A DNA stretch of 64,000 nucleotides. Origin: Candidatus Gottesmanbacteria bacterium (lineage in GTDB: Bacteria; Patescibacteriota; Microgenomatia; UBA10105; UBA927). The notes beneath the pieces were generated by a model. It ran no database searches and was not told the DNA's origin. It saw only the letters and a program-made list of their open reading frames with translations. The stretch covers positions 320,696 through 384,695 of the forward strand of contig CAWBPL010000002.1 in the NCBI GenBank assembly GCA_963790805.1, read 5' to 3'. A program made the translations under genes and the position numbers. This document shows positions 38,314 through 47,775 of this stretch, in pieces (the stretch's first letter is position 1; each line of letters opens with the position of its first letter).

Positions 38314-38320
38314 ATTTCAG
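38304..38320 (+). promoter_or_regulatory. TTTCAG-N5-TTTCAG direct repeat, site 2 (upstream of the efflux operon)
   Basis: tttcagttaaatttcag spans the HK stop codon, with TAAACT 10 nt downstream. Confidence 0.5.
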
Positions 38321-38346
38321 GTGGACTTTGTAAACTAGCTTGTTAT

Positions 38347-39690
38347 ATGAATATGTTTCAGAATTTATTGAAAAAACTTACTCCCGTAAAGGATAAATTT
38401 TTAAAGAGTTCGCTTCTTACCAGAATCATCATTCTTGCCGCGCTCGTTATCATTGTGGGATTTGGGGTTTTTAAACTTATTGCCGGTGGATCCTCACAAC
38501 CGCAATATCAGACGGGAACAGCGACTCGCGGAACGCTTATTACCACCGTTACCGCCTCAGGAAATATTTCAACCGGCGGTACCGTTAATATTACAACCGG
38601 CGCAACAGGTACTGTGACGCAACTGTATGTGAAAAACGGCGACAAAGTCACCCAGGGACAAAAAATTGCCGATGTCGCGCTTGACAGGGATTCCCAACAG
38701 AGACAAACGCAGGCATGGGCAAGCTATCTTTCTGCTCAAACCCAATTGAATAATGCGCAAACATCAATGTATAGTTTGCAGTCAACGATGTTTTCGCAAT
38801 GGCAAACATACACAAATATTGCGGAAAACTCCACCTACCAAAATCCGGACGGAAGCCCAAATACCAGTAACAGAACGCTGCCGCAATTTACAACAACGCA
38901 GGACAATTGGTTGGCAGCGGAAGCAAATTATCAAAATCAGCAAAACGCTATTGCGCAAGCGCAGGCGTCATTAACCAGCGCATATTATAATTATCAACTG
39001 CTCTCATCAACCATCACGGCACCAGCCGCTGGCACTATAAGCAACTTAGCGATAGCCCAAGGGTTGCCGATCAGTCCAACGACATCATCAGGTAATTCAA
39101 ATTCAGTGACTACTCAGGCAGTTGGCACCATCACGCTTCCCGAAGGCGGCGTTCAGGCAATTGTTGATTTAGCGGAAATTGACGCCGCTCAAGTAAAAAC
39201 CGGAGACAAAGCAACCTTAACCATGGCGGCATTCCCCAATCAGACATTCACAGGAAAAGTGCTCATTCTTAATACCAACGGCGCCGTGTCATCGGGAGTC
39301 ACCACATATCCGGCAACCATCGTTTTTGATACATCATTACCAAATATGTATCCCAACATGGCTGTCGACGCAGACATCATCACAAACGTTGAGGACAATG
39401 TTATTCTCGTACCGACTGCAGCTGTACAAACGACCAGCGGCTCATCAACCGTCCGAATATTGAAAAACGGACAGGTATCGACGGTTTCAGTACAAACAGG
39501 TGATTCGGATGATACGCAAACGGTCATAACCTCAGGTGTCAACGAGGGAGATGTTGTTGTCACCGGTGTCACTAATGCAAAAACCGCTGCAGCAACAACG
39601 AGTACCACATCGCCGTTTAGTGCTTTGGGTGGCCGAGGAGGAGGCTTTGGCGGAGGAGGCGCCGCCGCCGTACGAGTAACTGGCCGCTAA
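38347..39690 (+). CDS. efflux-pump periplasmic adaptor (MacA/HlyD family) with a Gly-rich tail
   Basis: N-terminal TM, lipoyl-like hairpin motifs (VKNGDKVTQGQKIA), a Q-rich coiled coil, a beta-barrel region and a C-terminal GGRGGGFGGGG. Confidence 0.8.
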   Translation: MNMFQNLLKKLTPVKDKFLKSSLLTRIIILAALVIIVGFGVFKLIAGGSSQPQYQTGTATRGTLITTVTASGNISTGGTVNITTGATGTVTQLYVKNGDKVTQGQKIADVALDRDSQQRQTQAWASYLSAQTQLNNAQTSMYSLQSTMFSQWQTYTNIAENSTYQNPDGSPNTSNRTLPQFTTTQDNWLAAEANYQNQQNAIAQAQASLTSAYYNYQLLSSTITAPAAGTISNLAIAQGLPISPTTSSGNSNSVTTQAVGTITLPEGGVQAIVDLAEIDAAQVKTGDKATLTMAAFPNQTFTGKVLILNTNGAVSSGVTTYPATIVFDTSLPNMYPNMAVDADIITNVEDNVILVPTAAVQTTSGSSTVRILKNGQVSTVSVQTGDSDDTQTVITSGVNEGDVVVTGVTNAKTAAATTSTTSPFSALGGRGGGFGGGGAAAVRVTGR

Positions 39691-39696
39691 AAGCAT

Positions 39697-40410
39697 ATGA
39701 AGAGCGATGTCATCATTGAAGCCAAACACCTCAAAAAAATCTACAAGATGGACACTGTTGAAACGGTAGCGCTTGATGATGTGTCATTTACGATAAAGAA
39801 AGGTGAGTTCGTCGCTATCATGGGTCCTTCAGGATCAGGCAAATCAACGCTTATGCACATTTTGGGAGCTCTCGATCTTCCCACCAGCGGCACGTATGTG
39901 CTTGACGGCGAAAATGTAGAGAACCTGACTGATGACGAACTTGCGGACATACGAAACAGAAAAATCGGATTTATTTTTCAGGCATTCAATCTCCTCCCGC
40001 GAACAACGACGATGAGTAACGTCATGTTGCCAATGATGTACGCCGGTATCCCGAAGGAAAAACGAATCGAAACAGCCAAAAAATTTCTTACTATGGTTGG
40101 ATTAGGAGACCGGCTTTATCACACATCCAATCAAATATCAGGAGGTCAACAACAGCGCGTCGCCATTGCGCGTGCACTCGTTTTAAACCCCGCGCTTCTT
40201 CTTGCCGATGAACCGACGGGCAATATTGCCACGACTCAGGCGGAAGAAGTCATGGCAATTTTTCAAAAACTCAATGAAGAAGGTCATACAATCGTTATGA
40301 TTACCCATGAGCCGGATATTGCGCAGCATGCAAAACGGATTATTCATGTCCGTGATGGAAAAATTATTGAAGACGGTTCAAATCATACACAAAGAAAAAT
40401 TAAACGGTAA
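39697..40410 (+). CDS. ABC transporter ATP-binding protein (MacB/LolD type)
   Basis: Walker A GPSGSGKST, signature SGGQQQR and Walker B LLLADEPTG. Confidence 0.9.
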   Translation: MKSDVIIEAKHLKKIYKMDTVETVALDDVSFTIKKGEFVAIMGPSGSGKSTLMHILGALDLPTSGTYVLDGENVENLTDDELADIRNRKIGFIFQAFNLLPRTTTMSNVMLPMMYAGIPKEKRIETAKKFLTMVGLGDRLYHTSNQISGGQQQRVAIARALVLNPALLLADEPTGNIATTQAEEVMAIFQKLNEEGHTIVMITHEPDIAQHAKRIIHVRDGKIIEDGSNHTQRKIKR

Positions 40411-40417
40411 AATAACT

Positions 40418-41641
40418 ATGGAAATTACAGAACTTGTCACGGAAAGTCTCGGAACACTTACACACAATAAGATGCGCTCAGGCCTTGCGATCTTAGGCAT
40501 CGTTATCGGTATCGGAAGCGTCATTGCGCTTCTGTCTCTTGGTGAAGCAACGCAACAATCGGTATCTAATCAAATCGAATCGTTAGGAGCTAATTTATTA
40601 ACCGTCAATCCTGGGGCCGCACAAACGGGCGCCGTGCGCGGTGCTGCAGGTGGCCGAACCACGCTGACACTCGATGACGCAAATGCCATTAAAACATCAC
40701 CGCAAATCACAACGATAAAAAATGTCTCCCCAGAATTCTCTAAAAGAACGCAGGTCACAACGGGAGAAAACAATACCAATACGTCAGTAATCGGCGTCGA
40801 TCCGGTTTATGCAGATGTTCACAAAATAACCATAGATTCAGGAACGTTTATCACTCAACGCAATGTAGACAGCCTCGGAAAAGAGGCAGTCGTTGGTCCG
40901 CAGGTCGTCAGCGACTTGTTCGGAAACGGGACGAATCCGATAGGTCAGACCATACGAATCAGCGGCAAAGCATTTACCATAGTCGGAGTAACGGTATCCA
41001 AAGGCGGAACCGGATTCATGAATCAGGATGATATCATTTTTGTTCCTCTAACAACGGCGATGTCACAGTTGTTCGGAGTAAAATATTTAACGTCAATTGC
41101 CCTTGAAGTAAAAAGTTCTGACCTTATGACCGCTGCGGAAAATGAAGTCGGGTATTTTCTACTTGCACGGCATAAAATCAGCGATCCGACGCAGGCGGAC
41201 TTTAGCATAGTTTCCCAACAGGATATTTTAAACACCGCCTCGGCTACCACCGGAACATTCACGGCATTACTATCAGGTATTGCTGCTATTTCCCTTCTCG
41301 TCGGAGGCATCGGCATTATGAATATCATGCTCGTAACCGTTACCGAGCGTACCCGCGAAATAGGACTTCGCAAGGCACTGGGAGCGAAAAAACAGACAAT
41401 TACGACGCAATTTCTGGCGGAATCCATCATGCTCACATTCACAGGTGGCGCAACTGGCGTCGTTTTAGGCATCATTGCGTCATTTATCATTTCAAAGCTC
41501 GTCAATTTCCCATTCACGATATCTCCCCCATCCATACTTCTTGCTGTTGTCGTCTCGGGAGCAATCGGCATCCTTTTCGGCTGGTACCCCGCCAAAAAAG
41601 CATCAGATTTACAACCCATCGAAGCGCTTCGGTATGAATAG
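40418..41641 (+). CDS. ABC transporter permease (MacB_PCD plus FtsX)
   Basis: I moved the start to MEITELV. It has a periplasmic domain between TM1 and TM2, and an FtsX C-terminus (TERTREIGLRKALGA). Confidence 0.85.
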   Translation: MEITELVTESLGTLTHNKMRSGLAILGIVIGIGSVIALLSLGEATQQSVSNQIESLGANLLTVNPGAAQTGAVRGAAGGRTTLTLDDANAIKTSPQITTIKNVSPEFSKRTQVTTGENNTNTSVIGVDPVYADVHKITIDSGTFITQRNVDSLGKEAVVGPQVVSDLFGNGTNPIGQTIRISGKAFTIVGVTVSKGGTGFMNQDDIIFVPLTTAMSQLFGVKYLTSIALEVKSSDLMTAAENEVGYFLLARHKISDPTQADFSIVSQQDILNTASATTGTFTALLSGIAAISLLVGGIGIMNIMLVTVTERTREIGLRKALGAKKQTITTQFLAESIMLTFTGGATGVVLGIIASFIISKLVNFPFTISPPSILLAVVVSGAIGILFGWYPAKKASDLQPIEALRYE

Positions 41642-42695
41642 TAAAATGTTTCTCGGTGCAGGTGTTGTTCTCGTTCTTATCGTCGTGATAGGCTGGTTTT
41701 ATATTTTCTCCCAAAAAAAACCGACAAATAATAATACCACTGCAACCGCCGTAAACTCTTCCAGTATCGATCCAACAAATAACAATCCCCTTTCCATTGC
41801 ACTCATGCGGAAAAAAACGTACCCCGGAAGCGACCTCACTATTGAGCAAACTTTATCACCCGGAAGTAATTACCAGCAATACATCGCATCGTATATGTCC
41901 GAAGGCCTTAAAATTTATGGGTTATTAACCGTTCCCAACGGCAACAAGCCTCAGGGCGGGTGGCCGGTTATTATATTCAATCACGGGTACATTCCGCCGG
42001 AGCAATATAGAACAACTGAGCGATACGTCGCCTATGTGGACGCTATTGCCAAAAACGGATATATCGTTTTTAAATCCGATTATCGGGGCAACGGAAATTC
42101 TCAAGGTCAACCGGAGGGAGCATACTACTCGCCTGCCTATGCCGCAGACGTCCTCAATGCGCTTTCCACGTTAAAGCGCTACAAAGATGCAAATCCCAAT
42201 AAAATAGGCATGTGGGGACACTCAATGGGAGGAAACATCACGCTGCGCGCTCTCGTCGTTGACCCGAAAGATATTAAAGTGGCTGTCATCTGGGGCGGCG
42301 TCGTGGGATCCTACGACGATTTGATGAATAATTGGCAACGGCGCGTACCGTATCAACCATCCGCACGCGAGCTGGCAAACAGAAATAATTACCGGCAAAA
42401 TCTGGTGACGACATATGGAACCCCCGCGGCGAACCCCAATTTTTGGAACGCCATCGATCCTACCGCTCATCTTATGGATATAACCGCACCGATACAACTT
42501 CACACCGGTGGCAACGACGAAGAAGTGCCGGTGGCGTTTTCCGTCAGTCTATATCAAAAACTCCAAGAGTCAGGAAAAATTGTTGAATACTACAACTACC
42601 CAGGCGGCGATCATAACATCGCTTCGCCAAATTTCGAACCCGCCATGGCTAGATCAATTGATTTTTTTAACAAATATTTGAAAGGGGGTGAATAG
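41634..42695 (+). CDS. secreted alpha/beta hydrolase (S9/dienelactone-hydrolase-like)
   Basis: Its start MNSKMFLG overlaps the permease stop. The nucleophile elbow is GHSMGG. Confidence 0.75.
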   Translation: MNSKMFLGAGVVLVLIVVIGWFYIFSQKKPTNNNTTATAVNSSSIDPTNNNPLSIALMRKKTYPGSDLTIEQTLSPGSNYQQYIASYMSEGLKIYGLLTVPNGNKPQGGWPVIIFNHGYIPPEQYRTTERYVAYVDAIAKNGYIVFKSDYRGNGNSQGQPEGAYYSPAYAADVLNALSTLKRYKDANPNKIGMWGHSMGGNITLRALVVDPKDIKVAVIWGGVVGSYDDLMNNWQRRVPYQPSARELANRNNYRQNLVTTYGTPAANPNFWNAIDPTAHLMDITAPIQLHTGGNDEEVPVAFSVSLYQKLQESGKIVEYYNYPGGDHNIASPNFEPAMARSIDFFNKYLKGGE

Positions 42696-42698
42696 CAA

Positions 42699-43145
42699 AT
42701 GAAAAATAATACTCTCATTATGGGAATACTTGTCATAGTTGTCGGAGTTGGAGCGTTTTTCGGTGGAATGCAGTATCAAAAAACCAAGTCTACGAGTCAA
42801 TTTGCCGCAGGGCAATTTGGAGGAGCAGGACTTCGGGGTGGAGCAGGTGGCGGCAGAACAGGTGGTACACGCCCGGTTGCCGGAGAAGTACTTAGCAGCG
42901 ACAACAATTCTGTCACCGTCAAACTTCAAGACGGGAGCAGCAAAATTGTTCTTGTATCAAGCTCAACCACCATTAACAAAGCCGATCAAGCGGCAATGAG
43001 CGATATAAAAACCGGTGAGCGCATTTCAGCATATGGACAGACAAATGCAGACGGAAGCGTTACCGCACAAAACATTCAGATTAATCCAATGTTTGGAGGA
43101 GGACCCGGCCGCGGAGCAAGTCCGACAGCCAGCCCAACGCAATAA
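42699..43145 (+). CDS. Gly-rich secreted protein (DUF5666-like)
   Basis: Signal anchor, a G-rich linker and a small beta domain. Confidence 0.5.
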   Translation: MKNNTLIMGILVIVVGVGAFFGGMQYQKTKSTSQFAAGQFGGAGLRGGAGGGRTGGTRPVAGEVLSSDNNSVTVKLQDGSSKIVLVSSSTTINKADQAAMSDIKTGERISAYGQTNADGSVTAQNIQINPMFGGGPGRGASPTASPTQ

Positions 43146-43170
43146 ACGATTGTTAGAAATTTCGTAAAAT

Positions 43171-43197
43171 ACCCCGCGTATGCGGGGTATTTTTTTA
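43171..43197 (+). terminator. intrinsic terminator ending the RR-HK-efflux operon
   Basis: ACCCCGC-gtat-GCGGGGT followed by ATTTTTTT. Confidence 0.8.
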
Positions 43198-43220
43198 TTT
43201 GAAACACGATCTGCCGGAAA

Positions 43221-44156
43221 TCATTTCTCTATCTTTTCAATCGGATAGTTTTCCTTACCGGCATGCAGACTCAAAATAAGTTCTCCCAACAATCCGGTCG
43301 AAAATAATTGAACGCCAAACAGCACGAGTAAGATTCCAAAAAAGAGAAGCGGACGCCTGCCAATTGATTGCCCGAGAAAATGAAGAAACGAAAGATAGAT
43401 TAAAAAAATAATTCCGATCACTGCAAAAACGGATCCGATTGATCCGAATAATTTGATGGGGCGCGTTTCAAATGATGAAATAAAAAGCGTCGTAATAATG
43501 TCAAAAAACGCATGGAAAACCCGCTCAGCTCCATATTTGGAGTCACCGAATTTTCGCGGATGATGAATTACGGGTACTTCCGTAATCCGAAATCCTCTTC
43601 TTGCAACTAAAAGCGGGATAAACCGGTGGAGCTCACCATATAAATGAATCTCCTCTATAACTTCTCGTTTAAATGCTTTGAGTCCGCAATTCATGTCATG
43701 TAAAGACACGCCGCTGGCGGTGGAAACAAAATTATTGAAAAAATGGGATACACGAATTTTACCCTTCGGATCTTTTCTCTCTTTCCTCCACCCGACGACC
43801 AAATCATATCCTTCATCGAGTTTTTCTATGAGCTTTGGAATTTCATTGGGATCATCCTGCAAGTCAGCATCCATCATGATGACTTTTTCTCCAGCGACAT
43901 GTTGAAAGCCGCATGCCAATGCCGCTGATTTCCCCATGTGTTTTCTGAATCGAATGAGTATCATGGGAGGGTGAAATTTTTCCTTTATTGCGATTAACGC
44001 ATCAAAAGACCTGTCAGTGCTCCCGTCATCAACGAAAATATATTCAAATATGTCATTTGTCTTTTTTGCCATCTCGTCAAGACTCTTTACTAATTCAGGA
44101 AGACTTTCTTTTTCGTTAAATACGGGAACGACAATACTTATAAGTGTTTTTTTCAT
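43221..44156 (-). CDS. family 2 glycosyltransferase (polyprenyl-phosphate sugar synthase, GtrB/ArnC-like)
   Basis: ISIVVPVFNE...VDDGSTD...MDADLQDDP plus two C-terminal TM helices. Confidence 0.85.
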   Translation of the reverse strand: MKKTLISIVVPVFNEKESLPELVKSLDEMAKKTNDIFEYIFVDDGSTDRSFDALIAIKEKFHPPMILIRFRKHMGKSAALACGFQHVAGEKVIMMDADLQDDPNEIPKLIEKLDEGYDLVVGWRKERKDPKGKIRVSHFFNNFVSTASGVSLHDMNCGLKAFKREVIEEIHLYGELHRFIPLLVARRGFRITEVPVIHHPRKFGDSKYGAERVFHAFFDIITTLFISSFETRPIKLFGSIGSVFAVIGIIFLIYLSFLHFLGQSIGRRPLLFFGILLVLFGVQLFSTGLLGELILSLHAGKENYPIEKIEK

Positions 44157-45646
44157 AAGCTCATCCGTTTAAAAGCATAAAAGTCACCCTGCTGGGCAAA
44201 TAGCTGGTATTGCTTATTATTTAACAAATTGTTCAGGGTCGAAAGCTGCGCATCGCCGCTTGGCCATGCGTACGGATCGCCCAAAAACACTATCGAATAA
44301 TCCGCTACCTCAGCGTCAATGGGGTAATTATACAAGAAACGCCTCTCGGAAAAATGAGCGCCAATATTATTGGTTACAGAAACAGTGTAACCTGAAGGAA
44401 TATTATTTGCTACCTGTTTCATAAGTTTCGTTTCCGACTGGGGCGTTGTGAAATAATTGAATCGCGAATCTTTCTCGAGCGGTAACTCTCCCCACGCATA
44501 CGAAAACGCCACGGTAAAGAGAAGTACAAACACAACCATGAGAGGTCTCGCCTTAAATTTTTTTATATGGAATCGGCCAATATAATATTCCGCAGTTCGA
44601 TACCCTTCTATAGCGGCTACAAAAAGAAAAGGCATAATGACACTATCGTATTGATAATCAATTTGTCTCATAAGCGGATCATTGCTTAGGACGTTAATAA
44701 GTAACGTCGGACCGGCAAATATCAGATAGAGCGGAGACAACAAAGGTAGAAATCCCAGCGGAACAAGCAACTGAAAATAATAATATAGTCTGTCGGGAGA
44801 CATAATTAAACGGAGGTCAGTCATCGGTTTCGTGAGTATATTTTTGAGAATATCATTTTGTCGATCCCCAAACTCTGAAAGATATATAAAAGCAAAATGC
44901 TGTTTCGTTGGAGTAACCGCTGGGATTGCTTTCCAAAAAAGAATATAAAATATCAAAAATGCCAAGACTGCTACCATCGCTCCAAACAAACGTTTCTTTT
45001 TAAGAAAAACAATATACAATCCCATAAGACCGGCAACTAACCAAACATGCTCTTTTCCAAGTGCCGCCAGAACAACAAATAGTAAAAAGCGGGTATACTT
45101 TTCTTTGTACATATACCAATACGCAAATAAAAGAAGTGTTATTGATAAGACCTCTGCATGAAAATCATGAAGCATCTTACGCTCCAGCGACGGATATAAA
45201 AGATATGCTCCGGCAAACAACAGCGCAAGTTTTTTCGATTTTAATCTATCAAGCGCTATCCAATATACGGGAAGGGCACCCAGCGCAGTCACAACAGTTT
45301 GAACGACAAGAAGCATTTTGGGATTTGACCAGATAAGATACAGAGGCGCCATCAGGATTAATAGAAAATCTGCGTGGACAGCAAGCCTGGACTCCTGACT
45401 GACCCCCATCGGATCTGTAAGGGTAAATCCATATCCGTGTGCCACGTTCCACACCGTTTGATCCATGTTACCAAGATCTAAGCGCCGGGAATAAAAATTG
45501 TCATGGCGGGAGAAACTGACAAACGTAAAATATCCAATAAACAATATAATAATACAATAAAGAATGTGACGCGGGCTTATATGCCAGTTTTTCAATGAAA
45601 TATGTGACATAATATGTTCTATATATTTCAACACCACAATACGCAT
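44153..45646 (-). CDS. polytopic membrane protein, GT-C-like (DUF2079-like) glycosyltransferase candidate
   Basis: At least 10 predicted TM helices. It overlaps the GT2 gene by 4 nt. The family call is tentative. Confidence 0.55.
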   Translation of the reverse strand: MRIVVLKYIEHIMSHISLKNWHISPRHILYCIIILFIGYFTFVSFSRHDNFYSRRLDLGNMDQTVWNVAHGYGFTLTDPMGVSQESRLAVHADFLLILMAPLYLIWSNPKMLLVVQTVVTALGALPVYWIALDRLKSKKLALLFAGAYLLYPSLERKMLHDFHAEVLSITLLLFAYWYMYKEKYTRFLLFVVLAALGKEHVWLVAGLMGLYIVFLKKKRLFGAMVAVLAFLIFYILFWKAIPAVTPTKQHFAFIYLSEFGDRQNDILKNILTKPMTDLRLIMSPDRLYYYFQLLVPLGFLPLLSPLYLIFAGPTLLINVLSNDPLMRQIDYQYDSVIMPFLFVAAIEGYRTAEYYIGRFHIKKFKARPLMVVFVLLFTVAFSYAWGELPLEKDSRFNYFTTPQSETKLMKQVANNIPSGYTVSVTNNIGAHFSERRFLYNYPIDAEVADYSIVFLGDPYAWPSGDAQLSTLNNLLNNKQYQLFAQQGDFYAFKRMSL

Positions 45647-45693
45647 GGCACAAACTTCTATCCAATACGCCCAAACCAGTTTATCGATCCTCG

Positions 45694-45710
45694 CTGAAAA
45701 TTATCTGAAT
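45694..45710 (-). promoter_or_regulatory. ATTCAG-N5-TTTCAG direct repeat, site 4 (upstream of the DUF2079-GT2 operon)
   Basis: The minus strand reads attcagataattttcag, with GATAAA 8 nt downstream. Confidence 0.45.
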
Positions 45711-45781
45711 TTTAGCAATATACCGAGTATTGTGCTTTTTTCCAAATAATTCTTCAGGTATAGTAAATACAATACATCAAT

Positions 45782-46489
45782 ATGTCCAGCTTTTTTTCAA
45801 ACAAAAAAATTCGCCGGCTCATGACTGGCCTCGCTATTATAATCACTCTTGCCGTATTAATATATATTATCGTTCAAGGGAGACATTATTTCTCCCGTCG
45901 CGGCATCATACGGCTCCAATCCTTTATCACCCCCTATGGATCGTTCTCACCGCTTGTAATAGTACTTCTTATTGTATTAAGCACAGTTATTCCCCCGCTC
46001 CCTTTACCGATTCCACTGATTGAAATGGCAGCGGGTTTGATGTTTGGATTTTGGCAGGGATGTCTCTTAGTATGGTTTTCCCAAATACTTTCATCGATTC
46101 TTGCATTCGGAATCACACGATTTATTGGAAAGCGGTTATTTAATAAATTTCTTAATAACCATTTTTTGTTGTTGTATCAACGGTATATTCATAAAAAAGG
46201 ACCACTCGCAATCTTTATCACCCGTGCAACGATGTCCGCACCGTTTAATATTGTGAGCTTCTTGGCGGGGTTAACGCAAATGAGCACACTCAGTTTCTCC
46301 ACTGCGACAACGCTCGGTACCATTCCAGAATCACTTCTTTACCCTTTTATCGGAAGCATTATTCGACACGTGCGGTTGAAGCTTTGGTATATATTTATTA
46401 TTGTCGTTATTTTAGGAGCGGTAGGACCCATATTTACGTATTTTATGATAAAAAGATTAGAGCCTACTCCAGCGAAACATAAAAAATAA
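45782..46489 (+). CDS. TVP38/TMEM64 (DedA-related) family membrane protein
   Basis: Typical length and TM pattern. The FITRATMSAPFNIVSFLAGLT segment resembles the SNARE_assoc motif. Confidence 0.75.
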   Translation: MSSFFSNKKIRRLMTGLAIIITLAVLIYIIVQGRHYFSRRGIIRLQSFITPYGSFSPLVIVLLIVLSTVIPPLPLPIPLIEMAAGLMFGFWQGCLLVWFSQILSSILAFGITRFIGKRLFNKFLNNHFLLLYQRYIHKKGPLAIFITRATMSAPFNIVSFLAGLTQMSTLSFSTATTLGTIPESLLYPFIGSIIRHVRLKLWYIFIIVVILGAVGPIFTYFMIKRLEPTPAKHKK

Positions 46490-46520
46490 TGCAAACGAGA
46501 AGGTTCTATATTCACGTATT

Positions 46521-46537
46521 TTTCAGCTAATTTTCAG
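46521..46537 (+). promoter_or_regulatory. TTTCAG-N5-TTTCAG direct repeat, site 3 (upstream of the flavin module)
   Basis: tttcagctaattttcag, with TATAAA 8 nt downstream. Confidence 0.55.
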
Positions 46538-46562
46538 AAAAGTGATATAAATTAGCCTAACT

Positions 46563-47027
46563 ATGAAAAAATTCTTTTTATCTTCTTTTGTCGTCATAAC
46601 CTTTATCGCCTACGCGCTCTATCAGCGTTTAAGCAACACTGATACTACACAGCCACTGTCACCCGTAACGACAACGAATACATCCCAACCATCAAATACC
46701 ATAGCCCCCATCCAACAGGCATCAGGCAACCCGCCAACAAATAGCGGCTTCAAAGACGGTCAATTTACGGGTGACGTCGTTGATGCATTTTATGGAAACG
46801 TACAGGTAAAAGCGACAATTCAGGGAGGAAAAATCACCAGCGTGCAATTTTTGGACTATCCGCAGGATCGCCGTACGTCTCAAATGATAAATAGCCAGGC
46901 GATGCCGGCTCTCATATCGGAAACCATACAGGCACAGAGCGCAAATGTTGATATTGTTTCAGGTGCGACACAAACAAGTTTAGCGTTTCGCCAATCGCTT
47001 TCCTCGGCTCTCAGTAAAGCAAAATAA
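46563..47027 (+). CDS. extracytosolic FMN-binding domain protein (ApbE substrate type)
   Basis: Signal anchor plus the flavinylation motif D-I-V-S-G-A-T-Q-T-S. Confidence 0.75.
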   Translation: MKKFFLSSFVVITFIAYALYQRLSNTDTTQPLSPVTTTNTSQPSNTIAPIQQASGNPPTNSGFKDGQFTGDVVDAFYGNVQVKATIQGGKITSVQFLDYPQDRRTSQMINSQAMPALISETIQAQSANVDIVSGATQTSLAFRQSLSSALSKAK

Positions 47028-47032
47028 TTTAT

Positions 47033-47770
47033 ATGAAACAGACACGACTTATGATGGATATGCCGATAACAGTCGATGTTGTTGATCCAATTGCAGGTGA
47101 CATTTTCAACGAAGTCTTTGACTATTTTACCTATATCGATAACACATTCAGTGTGTACAAAGAAAACAGCGAAATAACGAAGATTAATAAAAGAAAACTC
47201 AAACAAACAGAATACAGCCCTGACATGAAAGAAGTATTTGCTCTTTGCCAGAAGACAACGGATCAAACGAACGGCTATTTCGATATACAAAGAAATGGAA
47301 TATTTGATCCATCAGGTTTGGTCAAAGGCTGGGCTATCTGGAATGCCGCAACAATCCTCAAAAAAGGGGGGGCCATGAATTTCTACGTTGATGCAGGCGG
47401 TGATATACAAGTTTCGGGTACAAATGCTAAACACAAAAAATGGGAAATTGGAATCAGAAACCCCTTTAACACAAAAGAAATCGTAAAAATTGTATTAATT
47501 GAAGACAAGGGAGTCGCAACATCGGGAACGTATGAACGGGGTCTTCATATTTATGACCCTCACAATAATCAAAAACCAGTTACAGATATTGTCAGTCTGA
47601 CGGTTGTCGGTCCGGATGTGTATGAGGCGGACAGATTTGCAACTGCAGCATTTGCCATGGGCCGCAAAGGTATAGCGTTTATAGGGACTTTAAAAGGATT
47701 TGAAGGATATATGATAGACACAAAAGGTATAGCAACGTATACAAAAGGTTTTCATACATACATCAAATAA
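47033..47770 (+). CDS. apbE: FAD:protein FMN transferase
   Basis: ApbE-family motifs (FDPSGLVKGWA, VDAGGDI, GVATSGTYERG). Confidence 0.9.
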   Translation: MKQTRLMMDMPITVDVVDPIAGDIFNEVFDYFTYIDNTFSVYKENSEITKINKRKLKQTEYSPDMKEVFALCQKTTDQTNGYFDIQRNGIFDPSGLVKGWAIWNAATILKKGGAMNFYVDAGGDIQVSGTNAKHKKWEIGIRNPFNTKEIVKIVLIEDKGVATSGTYERGLHIYDPHNNQKPVTDIVSLTVVGPDVYEADRFATAAFAMGRKGIAFIGTLKGFEGYMIDTKGIATYTKGFHTYIK

Positions 47771-47775
47771 TCAAT

